NCBI GenBank assembly: GCA_964583975.1
Contig: CAZOXU010000011.1
Coordinates: 1 to 61,311 of the forward strand
DNA length: 61,311 nt
Direction of reading: 5' to 3'
Source of the DNA: an uncultured Planctomycetales bacterium
GTDB lineage: Bacteria > Omnitrophota > Gorgyraeia > Zapsychrales > Fredricksoniimonadaceae
The notes under the pieces were generated by a model. The model did not search any database. It saw only the letters and a list, made by a program, of their open reading frames with translations, and had not been told where the DNA came from. Shown here one piece after another: positions 27,529 to 36,300 of the stretch. Each line of letters starts with the position of its first letter. Position 1 is the stretch's first letter. The position numbers and the translations under genes were made by a program.

Positions 27529-28368
27529 TCAGTATTTTTTTGCAGAACGTCGAAAAACGGATGGAGCCTGTTTGAGGCTTCGTTGACGCATAGCTTCATA
27601 AATGACAATGGCGGCACATACCGACACATTTAGCGAGTCAGCCTTACCTCGCATAGGAATTTTCATGCTGGCCGTTGAATTCTTTCGCCAAAAATCGCTT
27701 AAACCTTTATCCTCACTACCTAGCACAATGGCCAAAGGTCCCGCTAAATCAACTTCAGTATAATCCTTTTCGCTTTCAGGAAATAAACTACAACTGGAGA
27801 TCTTAAATCGATCTAGAAAAGCTAAAATGGCTCTATTATCGGCAATGGCGGTCGGCACACTAAAGACAGTACCTGTACTGGCTCGGATTACATTGGGATT
27901 ATAAAGGTCTGTTTTGCTATCTACCAATATCAGACCATCTACACCAGCTGCATCACAAGTTCTTAAAATAGCACCAATATTACCTGGCTTCTCTAGTCCC
28001 TCGGCAATAACGTACAAGGAATTGGCTATAGGCTTAAAATCAGAAAGAACCTTTTTAGGAATCCGAGTAACAGCCAATAACCCTTCCAACCTTTGACCAT
28101 AGGCTATTTTCTGAAATACGGAGTCGATAACTTCAATGGTCTTAACCCCTCGCTTTTTAAGTAAGCTTAATAATTCATATTCTTCCTTACCTTGAATCAA
28201 ATCCGGACAGAAGAAAACCCGTTCGATTTCAACTTGGGCATTGTAGGCCCGTTGGATCTCACGAATGCCATCAATCAGGGTCAAATGATTTTCTTTTCTA
28301 GCTTTAACATCTCTTAAAGCGACAGCGTCTTTAATGAGAGGATTTTGTAAACTTGTTATTTTTTCCAT
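27529..28368 (-). CDS. TrmH/SpoU-family RNA 2'-O-methyltransferase
   Basis: SpoU methylase motifs (GNIGAILRTCDAAG, LGSEDKGLS, IPMRGKADSLNVS). Confidence 0.85.
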   Translation of the reverse strand: MEKITSLQNPLIKDAVALRDVKARKENHLTLIDGIREIQRAYNAQVEIERVFFCPDLIQGKEEYELLSLLKKRGVKTIEVIDSVFQKIAYGQRLEGLLAVTRIPKKVLSDFKPIANSLYVIAEGLEKPGNIGAILRTCDAAGVDGLILVDSKTDLYNPNVIRASTGTVFSVPTAIADNRAILAFLDRFKISSCSLFPESEKDYTEVDLAGPLAIVLGSEDKGLSDFWRKNSTASMKIPMRGKADSLNVSVCAAIVIYEAMRQRSLKQAPSVFRRSAKKY

Positions 28369-28386
28369 AAATTGCCTTAAGAATTA

Positions 28387-29565
28387 TTAAAATTGGGCTG
28401 CTTTTTGTAATTGCTCAATAACATGCGTATTAATATTAAAAGCCTTGGTATTCCATGAAGAGACCATAGACTTTCGTTCTTTAGGCCAAAATTCTTTCCA
28501 TCGGTGCCATCCTGTCACAGGGCCAGGCCTATGCACCCAAAGACTGTTAGGATAATAACTGAAAATCCCGTCAGGAAACATATAATTCTTAACTGCTTTA
28601 TAAGTCCAGTAATTCCAGTGGAATCCAAAATCGTTAAAACATTTTAGCTCGTCTTTAAGGTACTCGCACTCATTATAGAGACCTTCTCGATAGTGGACAC
28701 CAAACTCGCCCACATGAATAGGCCTCTGCTTGATCTTAGAGAATTGATAATACCCCTCCAGCCTTCGGCGCATCACCTTCTTGTCCCATCCAGAAAGTGG
28801 GTATTTTAAAAATGGCACAAAATTAAAGGTATACTCCAGAGGTTCATAAAAATGAATACTGTAAACTAAATTATCATCTGAAAAATCATCCAAAGCCTCA
28901 ACATCTTGGGCCCAACGATTCGCTTCAACAAACAAAATATGATTCTTATCAACACTACGAATAGCTTTAATGACTTCTCGATAAAATTCATTTAAGAGCT
29001 TCACATTCCCTAGAACAGCTTCATTGAGCAAATCATATCCAGCAATGGTTGGTTCATTCTTATATCGATCGGCCAGCATCGACCATAAATCATAAGTCTT
29101 CTGTCGATTAATCTTCTTAGTCCATAATTCTGCCTTGCCATTACTGTCTGAATGCCAGTCGTGATTTTGGGCTCCGTAAGCAGCATGTAAATCCAGAATA
29201 ATGTATAGGTTATATCGTTTGGCCCAAGCAATGGCTTGATCTAGGTATCGGATGGTTTTAGGGTCAGCAGCAATTTTATAATGAAATGGCAGACGAATGC
29301 AATTCATTCCCCAGCGCGCCACCTGTTTAAAGTCATCTTCGGTTATAAAACTATCCCTAAAACACCTCAGAAGATCCTCAAGCATCGTCTTAGAGTGCTG
29401 TTTGATAAATTCTTTTTCAAACACGTGCTGCGCCAAATTAGGTGCATGCATAAAATAGGCTTCCATCATTAGCCATCCACCAAAGTTTACTCCGCGCAAC
29501 TTAAGCGGTCGATCGCTAGCATCGACAATAGAAGTTTTTTTAACTTTTAAAAATCGATTCTTCAT
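28387..29565 (-). CDS. Glycoside hydrolase family 5 (cellulase/exo-glucanase-like), no signal peptide
   Basis: RGVNFGGWLMME, IRLPF, the acid/base region LLNEA, HFYEP and the nucleophile region HVGEFG. Confidence 0.8.
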   Translation of the reverse strand: MKNRFLKVKKTSIVDASDRPLKLRGVNFGGWLMMEAYFMHAPNLAQHVFEKEFIKQHSKTMLEDLLRCFRDSFITEDDFKQVARWGMNCIRLPFHYKIAADPKTIRYLDQAIAWAKRYNLYIILDLHAAYGAQNHDWHSDSNGKAELWTKKINRQKTYDLWSMLADRYKNEPTIAGYDLLNEAVLGNVKLLNEFYREVIKAIRSVDKNHILFVEANRWAQDVEALDDFSDDNLVYSIHFYEPLEYTFNFVPFLKYPLSGWDKKVMRRRLEGYYQFSKIKQRPIHVGEFGVHYREGLYNECEYLKDELKCFNDFGFHWNYWTYKAVKNYMFPDGIFSYYPNSLWVHRPGPVTGWHRWKEFWPKERKSMVSSWNTKAFNINTHVIEQLQKAAQF

Positions 29566-30383
29566 AACAAAGAATGTTTCTGTAAAAACACGAGTAGTTG
29601 TTCTTTGATTTTTGGATCACTCACCAAGGCGCCTTCATTATGTCCTCCATGAGTGGTAATAAATATTTTAGGTTCCTTGGCTCGATTATACAGAGCCTGT
29701 CCCATACTATAAGGAACTGTTTGATCTTCTTGGCTATGTAAGAAAACCTTTGGAGCAGTAATCTTGTCCATCTTAGAAATCAAATCAAACTTAATACTCA
29801 TCATAAATGTGGGGAGACCAGGATAAATCCGACGGGCCATATCACGAGCGCAAGTAAAAGAAGACTCTATGATTAAACCTGCTACCTTTCTGCGCATAGC
29901 CAGTTCACTCATCACCGCCCCACCTAAGGAAGCTCCATAGGCAATGATACGAGAGTGATCCATATCATCACGCCCTTGAAGGTAATCATAAACAGCCTGA
30001 GCGTCTAGATAAACTCCACCTTCACTAGGAGAACCGCTGCTTCGTCCATATCCTCGATAATCAAAAATCACAATGTTAAATCCTAAGTCATGAAAAAATT
30101 TAACCTTCATGACTCTCTGCCCCATGGTGCCAGCATTGCCATGAGCAAAAATTACAATCGGCGCTGTAGGAGAAGATTTAACCAACCAGGCATTAATAGT
30201 TAGCCCATCAGTAGTTTTTAAGAATAAATCCTCATACTTCATACCTGCGCTAGCAGGAGTAGAGTCTATATTCCTGCTTGGATAGAACACAGAAGTACCT
30301 TCCAAAAATCTAATGAGCAGAAATAAACCTACGAAGACAACTGAAAAAATGATCAATAGACCAGGCATAAACCGAGGTAACAT
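29562..30383 (-). CDS. Membrane-anchored alpha/beta hydrolase
   Basis: N-terminal TM helix, HGNAG, nucleophile elbow GASLGG and the C-terminal HGGHN. Confidence 0.8.
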   Translation of the reverse strand: MLPRFMPGLLIIFSVVFVGLFLLIRFLEGTSVFYPSRNIDSTPASAGMKYEDLFLKTTDGLTINAWLVKSSPTAPIVIFAHGNAGTMGQRVMKVKFFHDLGFNIVIFDYRGYGRSSGSPSEGGVYLDAQAVYDYLQGRDDMDHSRIIAYGASLGGAVMSELAMRRKVAGLIIESSFTCARDMARRIYPGLPTFMMSIKFDLISKMDKITAPKVFLHSQEDQTVPYSMGQALYNRAKEPKIFITTHGGHNEGALVSDPKIKEQLLVFLQKHSLL

Positions 30384-30384
30384 A

Positions 30385-30777
30385 CTAGGTATTTCTTAGC
30401 GGGATTAATGTCATCATGACTTTAATGGCTTTAATAATATCTTCAAGCTTGCAAGGTTTAATCAAATAATGGTCGGCTTGCAAATCCAAGGTCTTTTGCA
30501 CGCTTTGCATCTCCCCCAGAGCTGAAATAATGATCACAGGAATCCATTTCTTAGAAGGAGGTGAAGAACGTAGTTTACTCAAGACCGAATACCCATCCAT
30601 TTCTGGCATGACTAAATCTAAAAGAATAATATCGGGATTTTCTTGCTGAATTTTTTCCCAAGCTTCTTTGCCATTGGAAGCCTTAATAACATCATATCCT
30701 GAATTCGCTATCCTTTTGGCCATGATTTCCAAGACAGCAAACTCATCATCAGCCATCAAAATTTTAATTGCCGCCAT
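30385..30777 (-). CDS. Stand-alone response regulator receiver domain
   Basis: ILMADDE ... ILLDLVMPEMDG ... KP pattern. 130 aa with no output domain. Confidence 0.85.
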   Translation of the reverse strand: MAAIKILMADDEFAVLEIMAKRIANSGYDVIKASNGKEAWEKIQQENPDIILLDLVMPEMDGYSVLSKLRSSPPSKKWIPVIIISALGEMQSVQKTLDLQADHYLIKPCKLEDIIKAIKVMMTLIPLRNT

Positions 30778-30793
30778 ATATTTATCCTAATCT

Positions 30794-30861
30794 GTCATTC
30801 CCGAATGATTCTATCGGGAATCTAGTTCACTGGATCCCCGATTAAAACATTCGGGGATGAC
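30794..30861. repeat. 68-nt nested palindromic intergenic element (two TCCCGA/TCGGGA-type hairpins with GTCAT...ATGAC termini)
   Basis: GTCATTCCCGAATG attcta TCGGGAATC tagttcactg GATCCCCGA ttaaaa CATTCGGGGATGAC. Each half folds on itself (TTCCCGA/TCGGGAA; ATCCCCGA/TCGGGGAT), and the outer and inner arms also pair with each other. Confidence 0.75.
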
Positions 30862-30869
30862 TCTACAAG

Positions 30870-31340
30870 TCATCTCGCGGATGGATATAAGTTAAGATCG
30901 TAACGGATTTCTTTTTGAGGCATGGCGATACGGTCAATCGTAACCGAAGCTTTGGCAAAAAAGGTTTCCGCCATCGTGTCATGATAATCAGAGAAAATAA
31001 CAATTCTCTTAACGCCTGCCGTAATCAAGGCTTTAGCACAGTTGGTGCAAGGCATATTAGTAATGTAAGCGGTGGAATTTTCCATAGCATGACCGCGGCG
31101 GGCAGCTTGAATTAAAGCATTCATCTCAGCATGTACGGTACGTACACAATGATTGTCGACAATGATACAACCCACATCTTCGCAATGGTCATCACCTGGG
31201 ATGGAACCATTGTAGCCTGTAGCAATGACATTCTTATCTTTCACCAAGACACAGCCACAGTGCATACGAGGACATGTGGCTCGCTCAGAAGCAAGCATGG
31301 CTAACTTTAAAAAATATTCATCCCAATTCGGTCGTTTCAT
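30870..31340 (-). CDS. dCMP deaminase (ComEB-like cytidine/deoxycytidylate deaminase)
   Basis: HAEMNAL and PCTNCAK zinc-binding motifs. 156 aa. Confidence 0.88.
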   Translation of the reverse strand: MKRPNWDEYFLKLAMLASERATCPRMHCGCVLVKDKNVIATGYNGSIPGDDHCEDVGCIIVDNHCVRTVHAEMNALIQAARRGHAMENSTAYITNMPCTNCAKALITAGVKRIVIFSDYHDTMAETFFAKASVTIDRIAMPQKEIRYDLNLYPSAR

Positions 31341-31355
31341 ATTTGTATTTTACAT

Positions 31356-32513
31356 TTATTTCTTTAATCTGCGAGTAATTCTTTCAACAGCTTGATTAAA
31401 AACCTGAGAATCAGGCAAAAGGCTTACAACTAAATATCCTTCCTCTTGAAAATCAAAGAAATACCCTGGATGAATCACCACATGATCTTCTTTTAATATT
31501 TTCAATACCATATCTTCTTCTTGAATAGATGGAGCTTTAATGACAGCATACCAACCGCCCTCTACAGAACAAATATCTAGACCCTGCTGTTTTAAAACAT
31601 TCAAATTTTCTCTAATGCGCTTTAAGATTTGCTGTTGAATATCACCACTTTGAAGCAACCAAGTAGCCAAAGCATTTTGGACTGGTGTATTCACAGAAAG
31701 ATATGTATCTGAAATAATCTCTAATTTCTCTAAAGCTGCCTGAATGAATATCGGAGGTCCATTAACAGCAACCCATGAAAGTTTCATCTGCGGCAATCCA
31801 AGAATTTTTGATATTCCACTTAAAACAAAGGTTGGCACTTCTTTATTGTTGGCCAAACTTTCTCCATCGGGAGATTCCAACAATGGATAATCTAAAAACA
31901 CCTCATCAGAAATAATGCTCATCTTATATTTCTGACACATTTGATTTAAGAACAAACGATCATCGGGACTAATATAAGAACCTGTTGGATTATTAGGATT
32001 AACCACAATGACACAGCGCGTTTGTGGAGTAATTAATGCCTCAAAAGCCTTAGTATCGATTTGCCAAACTCTCCCATATTGCAAAGGATAATAATCAAAT
32101 TCCACATCATGAAGCTCGAGAAGAAATTGAAATAACGGATAACTAGGCCGAGGGATCAACACATGATCACCGCTATTGGTAAGAAGTTTTAACAAGAATG
32201 AGTAGCCTTCGGAAGTGCTAGACGTTAATACAAGATTCTCGGGATCAACGTTAAGATTTCTTTTTGAATAGTATTGAGCAATGGCTTCTCTAGCTTCCAA
32301 AATACCTTTAGCTAAAGGAGAATAGGTTAAATTAGACGAACTAGAAAGTGAATCCATTAAGCTGTCAGGATACTTAAAACCACAGCAAGTGGGGTTTGAT
32401 TCAGTCAGATCCAGCAATTTAATACCCTTAGACTGAAGTTCTTCTAGGGCTTGACTCAAAGGATTATTTTGTAAAGACCAGTTGGTACGATGGGCAAAAT
32501 CAAAATCAGACAT
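31356..32513 (-). CDS. Class I/II PLP-dependent aminotransferase
   Basis: NPNNPTG motif and the SGISK PLP-lysine region. 385 aa. Confidence 0.85.
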   Translation of the reverse strand: MSDFDFAHRTNWSLQNNPLSQALEELQSKGIKLLDLTESNPTCCGFKYPDSLMDSLSSSSNLTYSPLAKGILEAREAIAQYYSKRNLNVDPENLVLTSSTSEGYSFLLKLLTNSGDHVLIPRPSYPLFQFLLELHDVEFDYYPLQYGRVWQIDTKAFEALITPQTRCVIVVNPNNPTGSYISPDDRLFLNQMCQKYKMSIISDEVFLDYPLLESPDGESLANNKEVPTFVLSGISKILGLPQMKLSWVAVNGPPIFIQAALEKLEIISDTYLSVNTPVQNALATWLLQSGDIQQQILKRIRENLNVLKQQGLDICSVEGGWYAVIKAPSIQEEDMVLKILKEDHVVIHPGYFFDFQEEGYLVVSLLPDSQVFNQAVERITRRLKK

Positions 32514-32516
32514 ATT

Positions 32517-33251
32517 TTATGAAGGGCCAGGATTAGAATTCTTAAGACGAATTATTTCCTGTTCTTTGGACTGTAATTGTTTTTTTAACTCTTCATGTTC
32601 AGTTTTAGCAACCCACTGAATATCTTCACGCTTTTCTTTAAGCTTTGCATTCTCTTGTTTTAATTCCCTTAATTCTTTATTAAGTTGCTCTAATGAAGTT
32701 TCAAGACTACTAGCTTTTGTTGAAAGTGTCCTTTTTTCTTCTTTAAGCGCTTCAAATTGTATTTTAATCTCAGTAAATTGCCCTTCCACACGAATACGAT
32801 TGGAGTGTTCTTTCTCCAAATCTTTCTCGGTGCGATAAATCTGGTCTTTTAATTCTTTTTCATGCAATTTAGATTTATCCAAATTGACCTGCTCTTTTTC
32901 ACGCCAGCTTTTTTCTTGGGACAATTTATCCAATAAATCTTTTTCGTGTACTTTATTGTCAGCTGTTTTCTTCTCTAATTCTTTATATTGGATCTTTAAT
33001 TTCTCAATATCCCCTAATAAGGCATTATTATTTCTTTCCCAACGTTCAGCAATAGCCTTCCAATCCTTGGAAGCTTGTTCCTTGGCTTGGGCTTCAGCCA
33101 ATAGTTGAGCTTTAGCTTCCTTAGCCTTCTTCTTCACCCCATTACTAGAATCAGTAGGCAAGGTGTAAATGACAATGGCAAAAGCCACCAAAACTATAAA
33201 AACTAAAATAATAATCCAAAACATAATTCTCCTAAAAACAAACCCTCGCAA
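32517..33251 (-). CDS. Membrane-anchored coiled-coil protein (hypothetical)
   Basis: One N-terminal TM helix (IMFWIIILVFIVLVAFAIVIY) followed by about 200 aa of K/E/L-rich heptad-like sequence. It lies 53 nt downstream of the giant ORF. Confidence 0.6.
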   Translation of the reverse strand: MRGFVFRRIMFWIIILVFIVLVAFAIVIYTLPTDSSNGVKKKAKEAKAQLLAEAQAKEQASKDWKAIAERWERNNNALLGDIEKLKIQYKELEKKTADNKVHEKDLLDKLSQEKSWREKEQVNLDKSKLHEKELKDQIYRTEKDLEKEHSNRIRVEGQFTEIKIQFEALKEEKRTLSTKASSLETSLEQLNKELRELKQENAKLKEKREDIQWVAKTEHEELKKQLQSKEQEIIRLKNSNPGPS

Positions 33252-33304
33252 ATTTTTCTAATCATACACGAAAAATGCGAGGGTCTAAAATAAATTAATG
33301 ATCG

Positions 33305-36300
33305 TTATACTTTCGCTAATAACTCTTCCCTACCAGGCACCAAACCTAACAAAGGTCGCATATCAACAATAGGTGTAATATTGAGAATTACTGGACGAAC
33401 GCCAGAAAAATCACCCGCCTGGAACTGCTTAATCATCGCAGGGTCAAAACGGATATCAATCTTCTGACCATCTACATCTATCTTCATATTCTTAGAATTA
33501 AGGTCGATACCACCCTTAGTATCATCATTCTTAGTTGCCATAGCATTATCTGAGAATTTAATTGTTCCACTCGCATTAATCTCTATTTCAACATTGTCTA
33601 AACGGACGGTATCTCCTCTTGTTAATCCATATTTCACTCGAAAAGCTTCAAAGAAATCTTCCAAAGCAATATTTCGACCAGTTTTATTAATAATACTCAC
33701 ATGGTCTCCAATTTGGAAAACTCGAGGATTAATTTGAACACTACTAGGAATAGTATTAGTACCGACCATGGCTGCATCGCTATTAAATTTCCCATCCTTA
33801 ATTAAACCGCTTTGAATTAATTCCTCATCACTTCGCTTCAAAAAAGCTACACCATCATCAATATTTTTTGGCTCCTTCAAATCATGAATATCTTCCCCAG
33901 AGCTTACAAATGCGGCCTTGGTTGATGGCAATTGAGTCACATCCCCTGTTACAGCTTCAAGATAAAAATATCCATCTTTAAACCGCAAATTAAAAGGCAA
34001 TTGATTTTTTAAAATAGTTCTTAATTTATCTACCGCATACACCAGTCTAAAAGCATTGTAGGGCGCACCTTTTTTACCTGCTTCATCTAAAAGTCCAACC
34101 AAGGCAGGACTCGCCTTCACATTGGATGTTTCAATGAGAAAGCTTCTGCCAGTTTTTGTGTTTTTCAAAACATTGCCACCTTTTTGTTTGCTAGGATTAT
34201 TCACCAGCTCTCCGACAACACCATAGCCTCGATCTATTTGGGCCAAAGCAAAGGCAATTTTATCAATACTAACAACACTGTCTTTGGAAAATTTAGTCAG
34301 ATCATTAATGCGGTGACTAGAGATAACCTCAAAATCAGAAAATTCATCAATTAAAGCCCCAGTTATATATTTTCGTTGGCCTTGGCTATCTAAACGAAAT
34401 GCTTGGCCATTTTCTGCTAATTGCATGAAATTATGGCCATGTCCATAAGGCACAGTAGGGCTATTAGGATCAAATTCTAAAACTCCATTGTTGAATTTAA
34501 ATCCATGAAAAGTTGGTTGAACAACAAAGAATATATTGGCAGGAGAAAATCCATAGAAGTTATTTCTGATGAAATCCTCTAAAACGTCTTTTTCGATATC
34601 AGCATTCACATTTACAATTATTTTTTGTTGAGTCAAAACTTCCTGAATATTTCTTTTATTGTCTTTAGCGAGCTGCTCTATGGCCAAACGATAAGCCAAA
34701 ATTTGTCGAGGCCCCATTCCTAGGCGAAGTTTGGCATCTGTAGCGCTAGCCTTACCTAATTCTTGAGCTAATTCCCAAATGTCTAAACCATACATCGGAC
34801 CTCTCTTCAATCGAGTAGCAGCACCAGCAAAAATAAATTGTGGAATATAAGCTCCATTTAACAAAGTATTCTTTGCATGCTGTTGAAATTCTGCTGCTTG
34901 ATCAGAACTCAAAAAGCTAGATAAACTAACAACATCATCAGCAAGTTTTAAATCATCAGCTTTGGATTGAGCATATATATTTGATCCATCGACAATTTTA
35001 TTAATCTCCCCATCTAAACGTTTAACCTCATCTACATTATTGGTAGTCACAGCTTGATAATAGGCATCCAATAGCGGCTGAATACTTGCTTTAACCGATA
35101 TTACTTTATCAGACAAAGCTTTTTCTAAGCTTGCAATAGGTTTTCCAACCATAGCTCTATCTAAATTCCTTACGCGAAGAAAATCCCCAATATTAGTACC
35201 TCCTTCAGATTGCCATTGATAAAAATCTCCTAAAAGGGTATTTGCATTCAAATCATCTCTCTCTGCTATTTCAGTGATTCTTTCCCTAACATTTTGAGAA
35301 ACTTCCTCGATTGATTTTGGCCGGCCACTTGCTTTAGCTTCAACCGTTCTTTCTTGAACAAAGGCTTGAAGATTATTATTTCCTGTAGATTGTATGGCAC
35401 GAAATACTTCTAAAAGCTTTCCTCGTTGAAGACCTGCCCCTTCTGCTTGCTGCCATATTCCTTCCATTTCCAAATCTTTCATTTCACTAGCTGGTTGCAG
35501 TATTTTATTTCTCACAGTAGTAATTTTAGCCAAAACAAAACTCCTTAAATCAGCCGCACCCGCCATAGATTGTCTTCTTTGAAATTCTAAAAGTAAACGG
35601 CCTCGGCTTAACCCCACATTTTCTGCCTGTTGCCAAATATCTTCGGTAACAGAAGTATTCGGCACATCACCACCATCAATATCTCCTTCATTTAATAATC
35701 GACTAGCAACAGCAGCAGCGACTGCTGCACCAACAGCGGAAGCATTCTCAACCTTTACAATCTCTACATCTTCTGGAGTAAAACCTTCTAATTTTAAAGC
35801 TTCCTCAAATCCTTGTTTCACTAATTCATTCTTCCAATAGACGCTGCCATCAATCACAATTTTCTTTTTTCCAGAAACTGTCACATTTTTTAAAACCTGA
35901 GCAATGGCTGAACCTAATAGAAGTCCAGATCTCTTAAGTAAAGTCTGGCTAATATTCTGCATTTCAAATGCTTCAGCTTCTGAAACAGAGATATCCTCTC
36001 CTAAATACTCCTTAATCAAACTAATTAATTCCAACTTGTCATTGGCAATAGCTAGCTTACCTAATAATACGCTCTCTAAATCATCCCATTTTGAACTTTG
36101 TGCAATTTGGAGGTAATTCCCTTCTTTCGCAGACTTGGCAAGATTTCTAATATTCTCACGCAAAAGCTGAACTAGATATTTTCCTGAAATCATCTTCTCA
36201 AACATTTGTTTTCCCTGAGGCTCTGAATCTCTCAAAACGACTTCATCGCTTTCAGTTCGTAAACTTTCGGGAATATTATTGGTCGAACCTGCCTCTAAAT

